From an uncultured delta proteobacterium (GTDB lineage: Bacteria; Myxococcota_A; Polyangia; Polyangiales; Houyiibacteriaceae), in NCBI GenBank assembly GCA_963699755.1, contig CAVOVB010000001.1, positions 1,728,001 through 1,792,000 on the forward strand: a stretch of 64,000 bases of DNA, given 5' to 3'. Every line of letters starts with the position of its first letter. Position 1 is the stretch's first letter. Under the pieces are notes generated by a model. The model saw nothing but the letters and a program-made list of their open reading frames with translations, was not told the origin of the DNA and did not search any database. The position numbers were made by a program, and so were the translations under genes. Of this stretch, positions 30,182 through 39,429 are shown piece by piece.

Positions 30182-32577
30182 CGGAGCCTTTCTCGGGACA
30201 GCATCATCACCGTGTACGCGAGGGTGATGAGCGAGCTGAGCGGCATTAGCACAGCTGCAACCCAAGGCCGCATCAAACCTGCCAATGCAAGGGATACAGC
30301 GACCAAATTGTAAGCAATTGCAAAAGCAAGGATACGACGCACGACGTGCGCGAGCGTATCGGACGCGCGCAGAACTTGCGCCACAGGGTGCAAGCCCGGA
30401 GACACGAAATAGAAATCACATCGTGAGGCCATGAACGGTCGATTGACTGCAGGTGTGCCCGAGCAGGCCGCCGCTCGCATGGCGATCTGGTCGTTCAAAC
30501 CGTCGCCTACCAGCAAAGTTCGTGCCGGTTCGTGCGCCCGCACGTACGCTGCCTTTTGCTCTGGATCTTGACCCCCGATGCAGAGCTGCTCATCCATCCC
30601 CAGGCTCACGCCGAGGTTGACGACGCGAGCCGGCGAATCGCCGCTGAGAATGACCAGCTCGTAGCCAGCGGCTTCGAGCCGTTCGATCTCGGCCCGTGCG
30701 CCCGGGCGCAGCTGCTCGTCGGTGTGTAGCGCGACCCGAACTTTCCCATCGATCGCGAAAACGACGTCGCCCCCGTCTTCAGAAACATGGGCGGCCCAGC
30801 GGGGCGACCCCAGTTTCAGTGCTCGGCCGTCGTGCTCGGCGCTCGTGCCGTAACCGCTCTCTTCTCGTGTATCGAGCTCGATGAAACGGGCGGCCGGGTG
30901 CCCTTCTAACGCTCGCCGAACCGCGACGCTTTTCGGATGCGCGCTTCGGGCCGCGATGCTGTAGAGCAGAGTGATGTCTTCATCGGAGAGCGATTCAAGC
31001 GCGGCTGGGTTGGCGACTTCGAGCATGCCGGTCGTGAGTGTGCCGGTCTTGTCGAACACGATTCGTGTCATCGAGCGAACGCGATCGAGGAAGTCACCGA
31101 CGCGCACGAACACGCCGGCGCGGCGCAACTGTGTGAGCACGAGCTCATAGGCGAGCGGTGCGGCGATACCAAACGCGCAGGGGCAGGTCACGACCAAGAC
31201 CGCCGTGCCCACCTCGATCGCGAAAAGCGGCTCTCCAGTTCGCCACCACCAGTAGCCGATGCCCGCAGCTGCAAGCCCGACGACGCCGATGACGTAGAAG
31301 CGGGAGAGCCGTGACCACCAGCGTGTGGCCAAGGGCCCATCGCCCCGGGCGGCGGGGTCGCGTCCCAGCAATCCCACCAAGGACGACGCGGCGAAGTCGG
31401 TGGAGGCAATGCCGGAAAAAGCCCGATCACCCAGGTTGAAGGCACCTGCGGGCACGGTTTGTCCTTGGTCGAACCGTCGCGGCCGGCTTTCACCGTCGAT
31501 CCAGTCGAGGGAGCAACTCGCCGCACGGTCGAGCACCAGGAGGTCTACCGGAACCAGATCGCCGGGCGCGATGAGCAAGCGGTCTCCATCGCGGATGCCG
31601 ATGCAATGCACGATGCGAACGACGCCATCTTTGATCTCGCGCGTCAGCAAGCTTTGGGTCCCATCGTCGGCGAGGAGTTGCGCACGATTGCGCTCCAGCA
31701 TTCGCTGTTGAAGCCAGCGTCCAACGAGCATGAGCGCAACGAAGACGGTGAGCGTGTCGATGTAAGCCGCGTGCCCAGAGGCAAAGAAGAACGAATAGGT
31801 CGAGCCGGCAAAGGCGAGCGCGATCCCGAGGGCGATCGGCACGTCGAGGTGTAGCACGCGACTGCGAACGGCGCGGAATGCAGAACCGATGAACACCGAA
31901 CCGCCCACGAGAACCGCAAGGACGCCAGCGGCATAGCTCAACTGGTTGAGCAGCACGTAGACCGGACCTTCGCGGAGGCCCAGATACATCGCAGCGCCGA
32001 AGAGCATGACGTTGGCGGCCAACGCGGCGCAGATGCCGACGCGCATCAGCAACTCGTCCGAAGCCCGAGCACCGCTCGATCGCGCCGGGCCCAGCAGGTA
32101 TCCGAGGCTCTCGACTGAATCGACCCAATCACCGAGCGGGAACTCGGGCGAGACACGAAGCTCGACCCGGCCCAGCGCAGGATTGATCGACATGAGGCCG
32201 GTCTGTGTGCCCCCCTGTCGTCGGAAGAGCTCTTCGATCAGCCAAACGCACGCCGCGCAGTGAATTCCTTGGATGTCGAGCTCCACGCGCGTGACCCCGG
32301 GCTCCGTCGCGCGCGCCTCCTCGATCAGCTCCAGCCACTTGTGATCGATCCGGCGAGATTCGAGATCTGCAGGAGGAAGGCCCGGTCCACGGCGCAGGTC
32401 GTAGTATCGCGTGAGGCCCGCCTTGGTGAGGATTCCGTGGACGGCGCGGCAGCCACGACAGCAGTACGGAGCGAAGGTGTCGCTCGCCATCGGCTGCGCG
32501 CAGTGGATGCAGCGCGGCACCGACGGCATCGACCGCCCGAGGGGAATTTCGCAATCCACTGGCTCCGGGGCAGTCAC
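30169..32577 (-). CDS. ccoI: P1B-type heavy-metal (Cu) ATPase CcoI/FixI
   Basis: CIHC/CCRGC, HMA CAAC, CPC, DKTGT, GDGLND. Confidence 0.92.
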   Translation of the reverse strand: MTAPEPVDCEIPLGRSMPSVPRCIHCAQPMASDTFAPYCCRGCRAVHGILTKAGLTRYYDLRRGPGLPPADLESRRIDHKWLELIEEARATEPGVTRVELDIQGIHCAACVWLIEELFRRQGGTQTGLMSINPALGRVELRVSPEFPLGDWVDSVESLGYLLGPARSSGARASDELLMRVGICAALAANVMLFGAAMYLGLREGPVYVLLNQLSYAAGVLAVLVGGSVFIGSAFRAVRSRVLHLDVPIALGIALAFAGSTYSFFFASGHAAYIDTLTVFVALMLVGRWLQQRMLERNRAQLLADDGTQSLLTREIKDGVVRIVHCIGIRDGDRLLIAPGDLVPVDLLVLDRAASCSLDWIDGESRPRRFDQGQTVPAGAFNLGDRAFSGIASTDFAASSLVGLLGRDPAARGDGPLATRWWSRLSRFYVIGVVGLAAAGIGYWWWRTGEPLFAIEVGTAVLVVTCPCAFGIAAPLAYELVLTQLRRAGVFVRVGDFLDRVRSMTRIVFDKTGTLTTGMLEVANPAALESLSDEDITLLYSIAARSAHPKSVAVRRALEGHPAARFIELDTREESGYGTSAEHDGRALKLGSPRWAAHVSEDGGDVVFAIDGKVRVALHTDEQLRPGARAEIERLEAAGYELVILSGDSPARVVNLGVSLGMDEQLCIGGQDPEQKAAYVRAHEPARTLLVGDGLNDQIAMRAAACSGTPAVNRPFMASRCDFYFVSPGLHPVAQVLRASDTLAHVVRRILAFAIAYNLVAVSLALAGLMRPWVAAVLMPLSSLITLAYTVMMLSRERLRWRS
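30269..30284 (-). promoter_or_regulatory. intragenic sigma-54 promoter for ccoS-NO-Q-P-G
   Basis: minus strand TGGCAGGTTTGATGCG inside ccoI. Confidence 0.6.
30338..30380. promoter_or_regulatory. intragenic tandem perfect CGCA-N5-TGCG pair
   Basis: CGCACGACGTGCG (30338) and CGCAGAACTTGCG (30368), 30 bp apart. Confidence 0.7.
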
Positions 32578-33302
32578 GGTGCGTGGGAATGCGGATGATG
32601 CGCGTCGAGGCCGACTTCGTCCGCTCCCGGCGCATGACAGGAAGAGCTATCGCCCGTGCGCAAGGCGTGCACGGGACGAATCACGAACAGGATCGAACCG
32701 AGCGCGAGGACGACGGCGAGGACGCGCGATGTCGTTGGACGCGGGCGTCGCGCGAATCTCTCGAAAAGCCAGGCCGCGCCCACCAGGCCCACGCCGCTCA
32801 CCACCGCGAATGCAAGCATACTGAGCGAGCCGAGCGCGGTGGACCCGGTCGATGCAGCGATCAAGACCGCCGCCGCCAACGCCCCGCACGGAAGGAGCGC
32901 CGTGCCGAGACCGACGAAAAAAGGATGGCGTCCGAGGCCTTCAAGCGCTCGGGCGACCAAAGTCGGCGCCTGCGCGTCTTGCTTTGTGCGTAGCGTGACC
33001 AAGGGCTGGTTGGGCCTGCGCCAAAGGCGAAGCGCCGCCAAGCCGAGCCCGAGCGCCAACGACCAGCTCAAAAGCGCGCTGCCCCATGCATGAGGAAGGC
33101 TAACCGCCGTCGCGCCCCCGATGGTGCCGGCCACTGCGCCCAGCAGCGAGTAGCTGAGGAAGCGGCCGAGCTGGTAGCGGGCTTGCCCGGACGCTCCTGG
33201 CTTCCCACTGCACGCGTATGCAGCCAGGGGCCCGCACATCGCCGTGCAATGCGGAACCGATGCGAGGCCTGCGGCGGCCCCGGCAATTACCGCCGTCCAC
33301 AT
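32574..33302 (-). CDS. DsbD_2 / TauE-SafE-like cbb3 biogenesis membrane protein
   Basis: HCTAMCGP, YQLGRFLSY, LLPCG. Confidence 0.85.
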   Translation of the reverse strand: MWTAVIAGAAAGLASVPHCTAMCGPLAAYACSGKPGASGQARYQLGRFLSYSLLGAVAGTIGGATAVSLPHAWGSALLSWSLALGLGLAALRLWRRPNQPLVTLRTKQDAQAPTLVARALEGLGRHPFFVGLGTALLPCGALAAAVLIAASTGSTALGSLSMLAFAVVSGVGLVGAAWLFERFARRPRPTTSRVLAVVLALGSILFVIRPVHALRTGDSSSCHAPGADEVGLDAHHPHSHAP

Positions 33303-33383
33303 ACGCTCGCTCTAGGGTCGATCCTTGAAGGGGTCACGCTACAACTCGCCTGTCGCCATGCGGGGGTCACTTATAGCCGAATC

Positions 33384-33450
33384 CGCGGATATTGCGCGCC
33401 GTTCGTTCGGGCACCGAGGAAATACGATGGATCGTGGGTCAGCGGGTGCT
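33384..33450 (+). promoter_or_regulatory. one-mismatch enhancer plus degenerate sigma-54 promoter of ywiC-like gene
   Basis: CGCGGATATTGCG (33384-33396); TGGGTCAGCGGGTGCT (33435-33450). Confidence 0.5.
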
Positions 33451-33463
33451 ATCCCCATGACCG

Positions 33464-34315
33464 ATGGGCTCCGCACAACGCAAGATGGTCCCAAGAGAGC
33501 ACGGCGCCTACGCGGAGCTGCTGTTCCCGATCGTCTCCGTTCTTCTGGGTGGAGCCCCCACGACCTCGACCTGGCTCCTCGCGATTGGCGCGATTGGTGC
33601 GTTCCTCGCAAACGAGCCTCTCCTGGTCCTGTTCGGGCAGCGGGGCACCCGCATGCAGCGCGAAGAGAGCGACCGCGCCAAACGGGCCTTACTGATTTTC
33701 TCGCTGCTGGCGCTCGGCGCGGGCATCACGGGACTCGTGCTCGCGTCGACACAGGTCCAATACGCCATCCTCGTGCCTCTCTTGCTTGGTGTCACCCTCG
33801 TGCTTCTGGCCATCCAGGGGCTCGAGCGCAGCATGTTTGGAGAAGCCTTGGCAGCGGTCACGCTTTCCTCGATTGCGATACCCCTGGGCCTTTCCGCGGG
33901 CTTGGGGCGCACCGCGACGATCTCCGTTGCGCTGCTCTGGCTCACGGCCTCCCTGTTGGGGACCGCCGCGGTGCGGCTGACCGTCGCACGCACAAAGGCC
34001 AAGACCGACGAAGACCGTCGGCGCGTGGCTTTCAAGCGGTTCGTCCTGATTTTGGTCTGCGCTGTGGCCATCGTCGTTGGGGTGATGGGGCTCAGCGGGA
34101 CCCGGGCTGGGCTCTCGATTCTCGCGGCGGCGATGCCCGTGGCGCTCGTCGTCCTAGTGGTGGCTGCCCTTCGGCCGACCGCTCGCCGGCTTCGTCTCAT
34201 GGGCTGGAGCCTCGTCGCCGCAAATCTTTGTTCGTTGATAGCGGTGGTCACCACGCTAAAGATCCTTCAGGATTTCAATGCGGTCGAACCGACCCTACCG
34301 TTCCCCATGTTCTAG
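33464..34315 (+). CDS. YwiC-like membrane protein
   Basis: PREHGAYA N-terminal motif, many TM helices. Confidence 0.8.
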   Translation: MGSAQRKMVPREHGAYAELLFPIVSVLLGGAPTTSTWLLAIGAIGAFLANEPLLVLFGQRGTRMQREESDRAKRALLIFSLLALGAGITGLVLASTQVQYAILVPLLLGVTLVLLAIQGLERSMFGEALAAVTLSSIAIPLGLSAGLGRTATISVALLWLTASLLGTAAVRLTVARTKAKTDEDRRRVAFKRFVLILVCAVAIVVGVMGLSGTRAGLSILAAAMPVALVVLVVAALRPTARRLRLMGWSLVAANLCSLIAVVTTLKILQDFNAVEPTLPFPMF

Positions 34316-34348
34316 CTCGGTCGCGGACGACCCTGAGAGGAGAAGCTT

Positions 34349-34765
34349 GTGCTCGTAAAAGACATCATGACCGAAAACCCCGCGACGGCGACGGAGCTCA
34401 TGTCGGTCGCCGAAGCGCTGGGGTTGCTCTATGAGCTCGATGTCCGGCACCTTCCGGTGGTCCGGGGGCGCGAGCTCGTCGGCATCATCAGCGACCGGGA
34501 CCTTCGAAGTTTTTCTGGCGCCCCGGACGACGAAGCGATGGAGGCTGTCGAGGGCGCGCGTTCGGCGAACGTCGGCAACTTCATGAACACCAGCACCGTC
34601 AAGGTCGATCCCGAGACCAACGTTCGTGAAGTGTTGGAGCTGATGCTCTTACATCGCGTGGGCGCGATTCCGGTGGCCGATCTCGACACTGGCGACCTGC
34701 TCGGAATCGTGAGCTACATCGACCTGTTGCGTGTGCTCCAGGAGACCTTGGACCCCGGCGCGTGA
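34349..34765 (+). CDS. CBS-pair domain protein
   Basis: VKDIMT, VRHLPVV, GIISDRD, GIVSYID. Confidence 0.9.
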   Translation: MLVKDIMTENPATATELMSVAEALGLLYELDVRHLPVVRGRELVGIISDRDLRSFSGAPDDEAMEAVEGARSANVGNFMNTSTVKVDPETNVREVLELMLLHRVGAIPVADLDTGDLLGIVSYIDLLRVLQETLDPGA

Positions 34766-34778
34766 AGCTTAGCCCCCG

Positions 34779-35300
34779 CTAGTTCAGAGATGGGTCGTTC
34801 ACTGGCCGAAAGGTGACTGCATAGTCGCCGGCGCATCGACCTTGAACAGACAAAGTCCCGGTCATCGTTTGCTCAGCCGGGGAGACCGTGAGGACGTTGC
34901 CTTCCGCTTGGATGCCCACCTCTTCGGCGGAGTCGTCCTCGTAGCAGAAGCCCTGCTCGTCCCTCACCGGCAACCACCAGCCACCACGAAGATAGAGCTG
35001 GTTGTCGCAGAGACGGCCCTCCAAACGATACTCCTCGTCGACGACGATACTCACCTCGTTGCCATTCTGGCTGAACGCCCAATTCAGGGCGCAGGCCTCG
35101 AACTCGTCGTTGGGCATCGCATCGGCGCAACCCGCTGTACGAATTGTGACCGTGCCTTGGTCGAACCAGAGCGTGCCATTCAAGTCGGCGACGGGAGCTT
35201 CGTCACACGCTGGCAACACTCCCGTTCCCGGGATGAAATAGATCTCCTCTTTGCAGCTCCCCAATGCAACAAGAACGCAGAGGCAAACGAAGAAACGCAT
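34779..35300 (-). CDS. hypothetical lipoprotein
   Basis: lipobox LGSC; Cys-containing beta-rich body. Confidence 0.6.
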   Translation of the reverse strand: MRFFVCLCVLVALGSCKEEIYFIPGTGVLPACDEAPVADLNGTLWFDQGTVTIRTAGCADAMPNDEFEACALNWAFSQNGNEVSIVVDEEYRLEGRLCDNQLYLRGGWWLPVRDEQGFCYEDDSAEEVGIQAEGNVLTVSPAEQTMTGTLSVQGRCAGDYAVTFRPVNDPSLN

Positions 35301-35347
35301 GACCCCTTCTTACCATGATTGCGGAGCGCACACAGCTGCCCAAGAGA

Positions 35348-35360
35348 CGCATGTTTTGCG
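35348..35360. promoter_or_regulatory. CGCA-N5-TGCG palindrome upstream of nqrA
   Basis: CGCATGTTTTGCG. Confidence 0.6.
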
Positions 35361-35413
35361 CCTCGTTTCGCACTTCACGCACCGGGATTCTGGGCTAGAC
35401 TCCGCCCACTCGA

Positions 35414-36763
35414 ATGCACGTTCGCATCCGCAGAGGCCTAAACATCCCCATTTTGGGAACACCCGAGCAACGCATCGAAGATGCAAACGCGGTCGGCTGG
35501 GTTGCGTTGGTCGCCATGGACTTCGTCGGCCTGCAGCCTCGACTAAAGGTGGATGTCGGTGACCGCGTCCGCCTTGGGCAACCCTTGCTCATCGACAAGA
35601 ACAACCCGGAAGTGATGTTCACCTCGCCCGGCTGCGGGGAAATCGTTGCGATCCATCGCGGAGCTCGGAGGTCACTTCAATCGGTCGTCGTTCGCTTGGA
35701 AGGCGACGAAGCAGAGGTTTTCCCCTCGCATGAGCGCTCCATGCTCAGCCAGATCGATCGCAACGCGGTGCGAGCAGTCCTGCAGTCGTCCGGCCTCTGG
35801 ACCGCGTTGCGCACGCGGCCGTTTGGAAAGGTTCCCAGCGCGCACGCGTCACCGCATTCGATCTTCGTCACGGCCGTCGACACGAACCCGCTCGCCGGCG
35901 ACCCACGTCTGGTCATCGCAGAGCGCGCTCAGGAGTTTCACGATGGCGTGGCCGTGCTCAGCCGGCTCACCGACGGCAAGGTCCACGTTTGTCACGCGCC
36001 AGGGCACGGCTTCGAGCTTCCGAACCTCGAATCGGTGAGCTTGGCGACGTTCGAGGGCCCGCACCCCGCCGGCCTGCCCGGGACCCATATCCATTTCCTC
36101 GATCCCGTGAGCGAGAACAAGAGCGTTTGGTACCTCGGCTACCAAGACGTGATCGCGATTGGCTCGCTATTCACCACGGGCCGACTCCGCACCGAGCGCG
36201 TGATCGCGTTGGGGGGGCCTTTGGTGAAGAGGCCACGTCTGCTGCGCACACGCATGGGCGCAAGCACCGAGGATCTCTTGAACGGAGAGATCGACGCGGG
36301 CGAATGCCGCGTGATCTCGGGTTCGATTCTGGGTGGACGACGAGCAGCGGGGCACGCACGGTATCTCGGCCCGTATGACGTGCAGCTGAGCGTGCTCGCT
36401 GAGGACCGAACCCGTCGCTTCCTCGGCTGGATCGCGCCCGGTTCCGATCGATACTCCGCGATCCGCGCCTTCGTCGCCTCGCTGCGTCCTCAGCGCTACC
36501 GCTTTCCGCTCAGCACCAGTCAGAACGGCAGCCCCCGTGCGATGATTCCCATTGGCAACTTCGAGAAAGTCATGCCGCTCGATATTCTGCCCGCGCCGTT
36601 GTTGAAGGCGCTCATCGTCGAAGATACGGAAACCGCCAAAGCGCTCGGCTGCCTCGAGCTCGAAGAAGAAGACCTCGCGCTCTGCTCGTTCGTCTGCTGC
36701 AGCAAGTACGAGTACGGCGAGTTTCTTCGAGCAAACCTAAACCTGATCGAGAAGAACGGCTGA
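35414..36763 (+). CDS. nqrA: Na+-NQR subunit A
   Basis: IRRGLNIPI, GPHPAG, LGCLELEEEDLALCSFVC. Confidence 0.95.
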   Translation: MHVRIRRGLNIPILGTPEQRIEDANAVGWVALVAMDFVGLQPRLKVDVGDRVRLGQPLLIDKNNPEVMFTSPGCGEIVAIHRGARRSLQSVVVRLEGDEAEVFPSHERSMLSQIDRNAVRAVLQSSGLWTALRTRPFGKVPSAHASPHSIFVTAVDTNPLAGDPRLVIAERAQEFHDGVAVLSRLTDGKVHVCHAPGHGFELPNLESVSLATFEGPHPAGLPGTHIHFLDPVSENKSVWYLGYQDVIAIGSLFTTGRLRTERVIALGGPLVKRPRLLRTRMGASTEDLLNGEIDAGECRVISGSILGGRRAAGHARYLGPYDVQLSVLAEDRTRRFLGWIAPGSDRYSAIRAFVASLRPQRYRFPLSTSQNGSPRAMIPIGNFEKVMPLDILPAPLLKALIVEDTETAKALGCLELEEEDLALCSFVCCSKYEYGEFLRANLNLIEKNG

Positions 36764-37977
36764 TGCGCCCACTGCGAAAGCTCCTCGACAAAGTCGAGCC
36801 CCACTTTGAAAAGGGCGGGCGCCTCGAGAGCTTTCAGGCGATCTACGAGATGCTCGACACACTCTTCTACTCGCCTCCGGACGTGTCGCGCCATGCACCG
36901 CACGTGCGCGACGCGATCGATCTCAAGCGTGTCATGGGCCTGGTCGTCGTCGGGGTTTTGCCCTGCGCGCTTTTCGGCATGTGGAACACGGGCCACCAGG
37001 CCAACCTCGCGATCGAGCAGCTCGGCTTGCCCGCGCCGAGCGACTGGCGAGGCGCTCTGATGGCCGCGATCGGAATCGGACACGACCCGCAGAGCGTCAG
37101 CGCCGCGACCTTCTATGGGCTGCTCTACTTCGTTCCGATCTACGCCGTCACCTTGGCGGCGGGCGGCGTATGGGAAGTCCTTTTCGCCGGCATTCGCAAC
37201 CACGAGGTCAACGAAGGGTTTTTCGTGACTTCGATTCTCTACGCCCTGACCCTGCCCGCTACGACTCCCCTGTGGCAGGTGGCCATTGGAATTTCGTTTG
37301 GCGTCGTCATGGCGAAGGAGGTCTTTGGCGGGACGGGCAAGAACTTCATGAACCCTGCGCTCGCCGGCCGGGCGTTCCTCTACTTCGCGTACCCCGTCGA
37401 GATGTCCGGCGAGTCGGTCTGGACACCCCCGATCGACGTGATCACCGGCGCGACGCCACTCGCAATCGGCGCCGAGAGCGGCATCGCAGGCATCGTCGAT
37501 CAGGGCGTCACGTGGATGGATGCGTTTGTCGGAAGCATCCAGGGCTCGCTTGGCGAGACTTCAGCCCTCGCGTGCCTCCTCGGCGGCGTCTTCATCGTGT
37601 ACACCGGGGTGGCCTCATGGCGGATCATCGCGGGAGTCATGTTGGGCATGTTTGCCACGGCCATGCTCTTCAACGCGGTCGGCTCCGACTCGAATCCGAT
37701 GTTCGCCATGCCCTGGTACTGGCATCTCGTCCTCGGCGGCTTCGCGTTCGGAATGGTGTTCATGGCGACCGACCCGGTCAGCGCCTGCGTCACCAACCCC
37801 GGCCGCTGGGTCTTCGGGGTTCTGATCGGAGCGATCACCGTCGTCATTCGCGTGGTCAACATCGCGTTCCCGGAGGGAATCATGCTTGCGATCCTCTTCG
37901 CCAACGTCTTTGCGCCCACCATCGACCACTTCGTCGTGCGGGCCAACGTCACCAGGAGGTTGCGCCGAAGTGCCTGA
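36763..37977 (+). CDS. nqrB: Na+-NQR subunit B
   Basis: HVRDAIDLKR, KEVFGGTGKNFMNPAL, TGAT FMN site, FMATDPVS. Confidence 0.95.
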   Translation: MRPLRKLLDKVEPHFEKGGRLESFQAIYEMLDTLFYSPPDVSRHAPHVRDAIDLKRVMGLVVVGVLPCALFGMWNTGHQANLAIEQLGLPAPSDWRGALMAAIGIGHDPQSVSAATFYGLLYFVPIYAVTLAAGGVWEVLFAGIRNHEVNEGFFVTSILYALTLPATTPLWQVAIGISFGVVMAKEVFGGTGKNFMNPALAGRAFLYFAYPVEMSGESVWTPPIDVITGATPLAIGAESGIAGIVDQGVTWMDAFVGSIQGSLGETSALACLLGGVFIVYTGVASWRIIAGVMLGMFATAMLFNAVGSDSNPMFAMPWYWHLVLGGFAFGMVFMATDPVSACVTNPGRWVFGVLIGAITVVIRVVNIAFPEGIMLAILFANVFAPTIDHFVVRANVTRRLRRSA

Positions 37978-38770
37978 TCCTTCCCAAGCATCCGGCGCCA
38001 AGACGGACACGGTCGCTCGGACCCTGCTCGTCGCGCTTTTCGTCAGCCTGCTTTGCTCGTCTCTGGTGGCCTCGGCCGCCATCCTGCTCAAGCCGCGACA
38101 GGTCGAGAACGCGATGGTCGAGATGCGACGAAACATCCTCGAGGTGGCAGGGCTCTGGGCTCCGGAGGCCGAGGTCGACGAGCTTTTCGAGAGCATCGAG
38201 CCACGTGTCATCGACCTCGAAACCGGCGCCTACGCCGACGACATCATTGCGAACGACTACGATCCGGTGGAGGCCGCAAAGGATCCCGCCCAGAGCGTCG
38301 AGATCCCCAGCGAGTTCGACGTGGCCAAGGTGGGGCGCCGCGCCAAGCATGCGCTTGTGTATCTCGTTCGCCGCGACGGCGAGATCAGCAGGATCATCCT
38401 CCCGATTTCGGGCTACGGGCTCTGGTCGACTCTCTATGGCTTTCTCGCTCTCGAGGCCGATGGCAACACCGTTTCGGACATCGCGTTTTATGCGCATGGA
38501 GAGACCCCGGGCCTTGGCGACTTCATCGTCAAGCCCGCGTGGCGTGAGCTCTGGCACGGCAAGCGGGCGTTCGATGATTCCGGTGCGCTCGCGCTTCGTG
38601 TCGTCAAGGGGCGCGTCTCTGCCGACGACCCGCTCGCCGACTACCACGTCGATGGGGTCTCCGGCGCGACGCTCACGGGGAACGGCGTCTCGAACATCAT
38701 CAAGTACTGGCTCGGCGATCACGGCTATGGACCATTCCTCGAGCAGATCCAGGCAGGAGAAAGCCCATGA
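37970..38770 (+). CDS. nqrC: Na+-NQR subunit C
   Basis: [26 protein letters not shown] start at 37970. Confidence 0.93.
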   Translation: MPDPSQASGAKTDTVARTLLVALFVSLLCSSLVASAAILLKPRQVENAMVEMRRNILEVAGLWAPEAEVDELFESIEPRVIDLETGAYADDIIANDYDPVEAAKDPAQSVEIPSEFDVAKVGRRAKHALVYLVRRDGEISRIILPISGYGLWSTLYGFLALEADGNTVSDIAFYAHGETPGLGDFIVKPAWRELWHGKRAFDDSGALALRVVKGRVSADDPLADYHVDGVSGATLTGNGVSNIIKYWLGDHGYGPFLEQIQAGESP

Positions 38771-39429
38771 GCACCGCAACCAAGCGCGCTCTTCTGAAAC
38801 CCATCATTGATGACAACCCCGTCACCTTGCACGTGCTCGGCATCTGCTCGGCGCTCGCCGTGACCACGTCGCTCCTGCCGTCCCTCTACATGTGCGTTGC
38901 CCTCACGGTGGTTGCCGCCTTGTCGAACGCGGCGGTCAGTGCGATTCGCCACATTCTTCCGAGCAGCATCCGCATCATCGTGCAGATGACGATCATCGCA
39001 TCGCTGGTGATCGTCGTCGACGAGTCCTTGAAGGCGTTTGCGTTCGAGACGAGCCGGGAGCTTTCGGTCTTCGTGGGCCTGATCATCACGAACTGCATCG
39101 TCCTCGGCCGTACCGAGAGCTTCGCTTCGAAGAACCCGGTCGGCTTGAGCTTCCTCGACGGCATCGGGAACGGCCTCGGCTACAGCACGATTCTGATCCT
39201 CGTGGCGACGAGCCGCGAGCTCCTCGGCGCGGGGACGCTTCTCGGCTACACGATCTTCCCGAACGCGGCCGATGGCGGCTGGTACAAGCCCAACGGCATG
39301 ATGCTCCTGCCTCCGAGCGCGTTCTTCGTGATCGGCCTGATCATCTGGGCTGTCCGGACTTGGAAGGCCGAGCAGGTCGAGAAGCCCGAGTTCCGGATTC
39401 ACGAAGTGCATCGAACGGAGGCCTTGTGA
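38767..39429 (+). CDS. nqrD: Na+-NQR subunit D
   Basis: [22 protein letters not shown]. Confidence 0.95.
   Translation: MSTATKRALLKPIIDDNPVTLHVLGICSALAVTTSLLPSLYMCVALTVVAALSNAAVSAIRHILPSSIRIIVQMTIIASLVIVVDESLKAFAFETSRELSVFVGLIITNCIVLGRTESFASKNPVGLSFLDGIGNGLGYSTILILVATSRELLGAGTLLGYTIFPNAADGGWYKPNGMMLLPPSAFFVIGLIIWAVRTWKAEQVEKPEFRIHEVHRTEAL

Noticed and set aside
35391..35406. sigma-54 promoter for nqrA (TGGGCTAGACTCCGC)
   Set aside because: Poor consensus, and -12 is only 9 nt from the ATG, putting the TSS inside the gene
36981..38810. 609-aa alternative-frame ORF over nqrB/C
   Set aside because: Arg/Pro-rich off-frame translation with no domain signal
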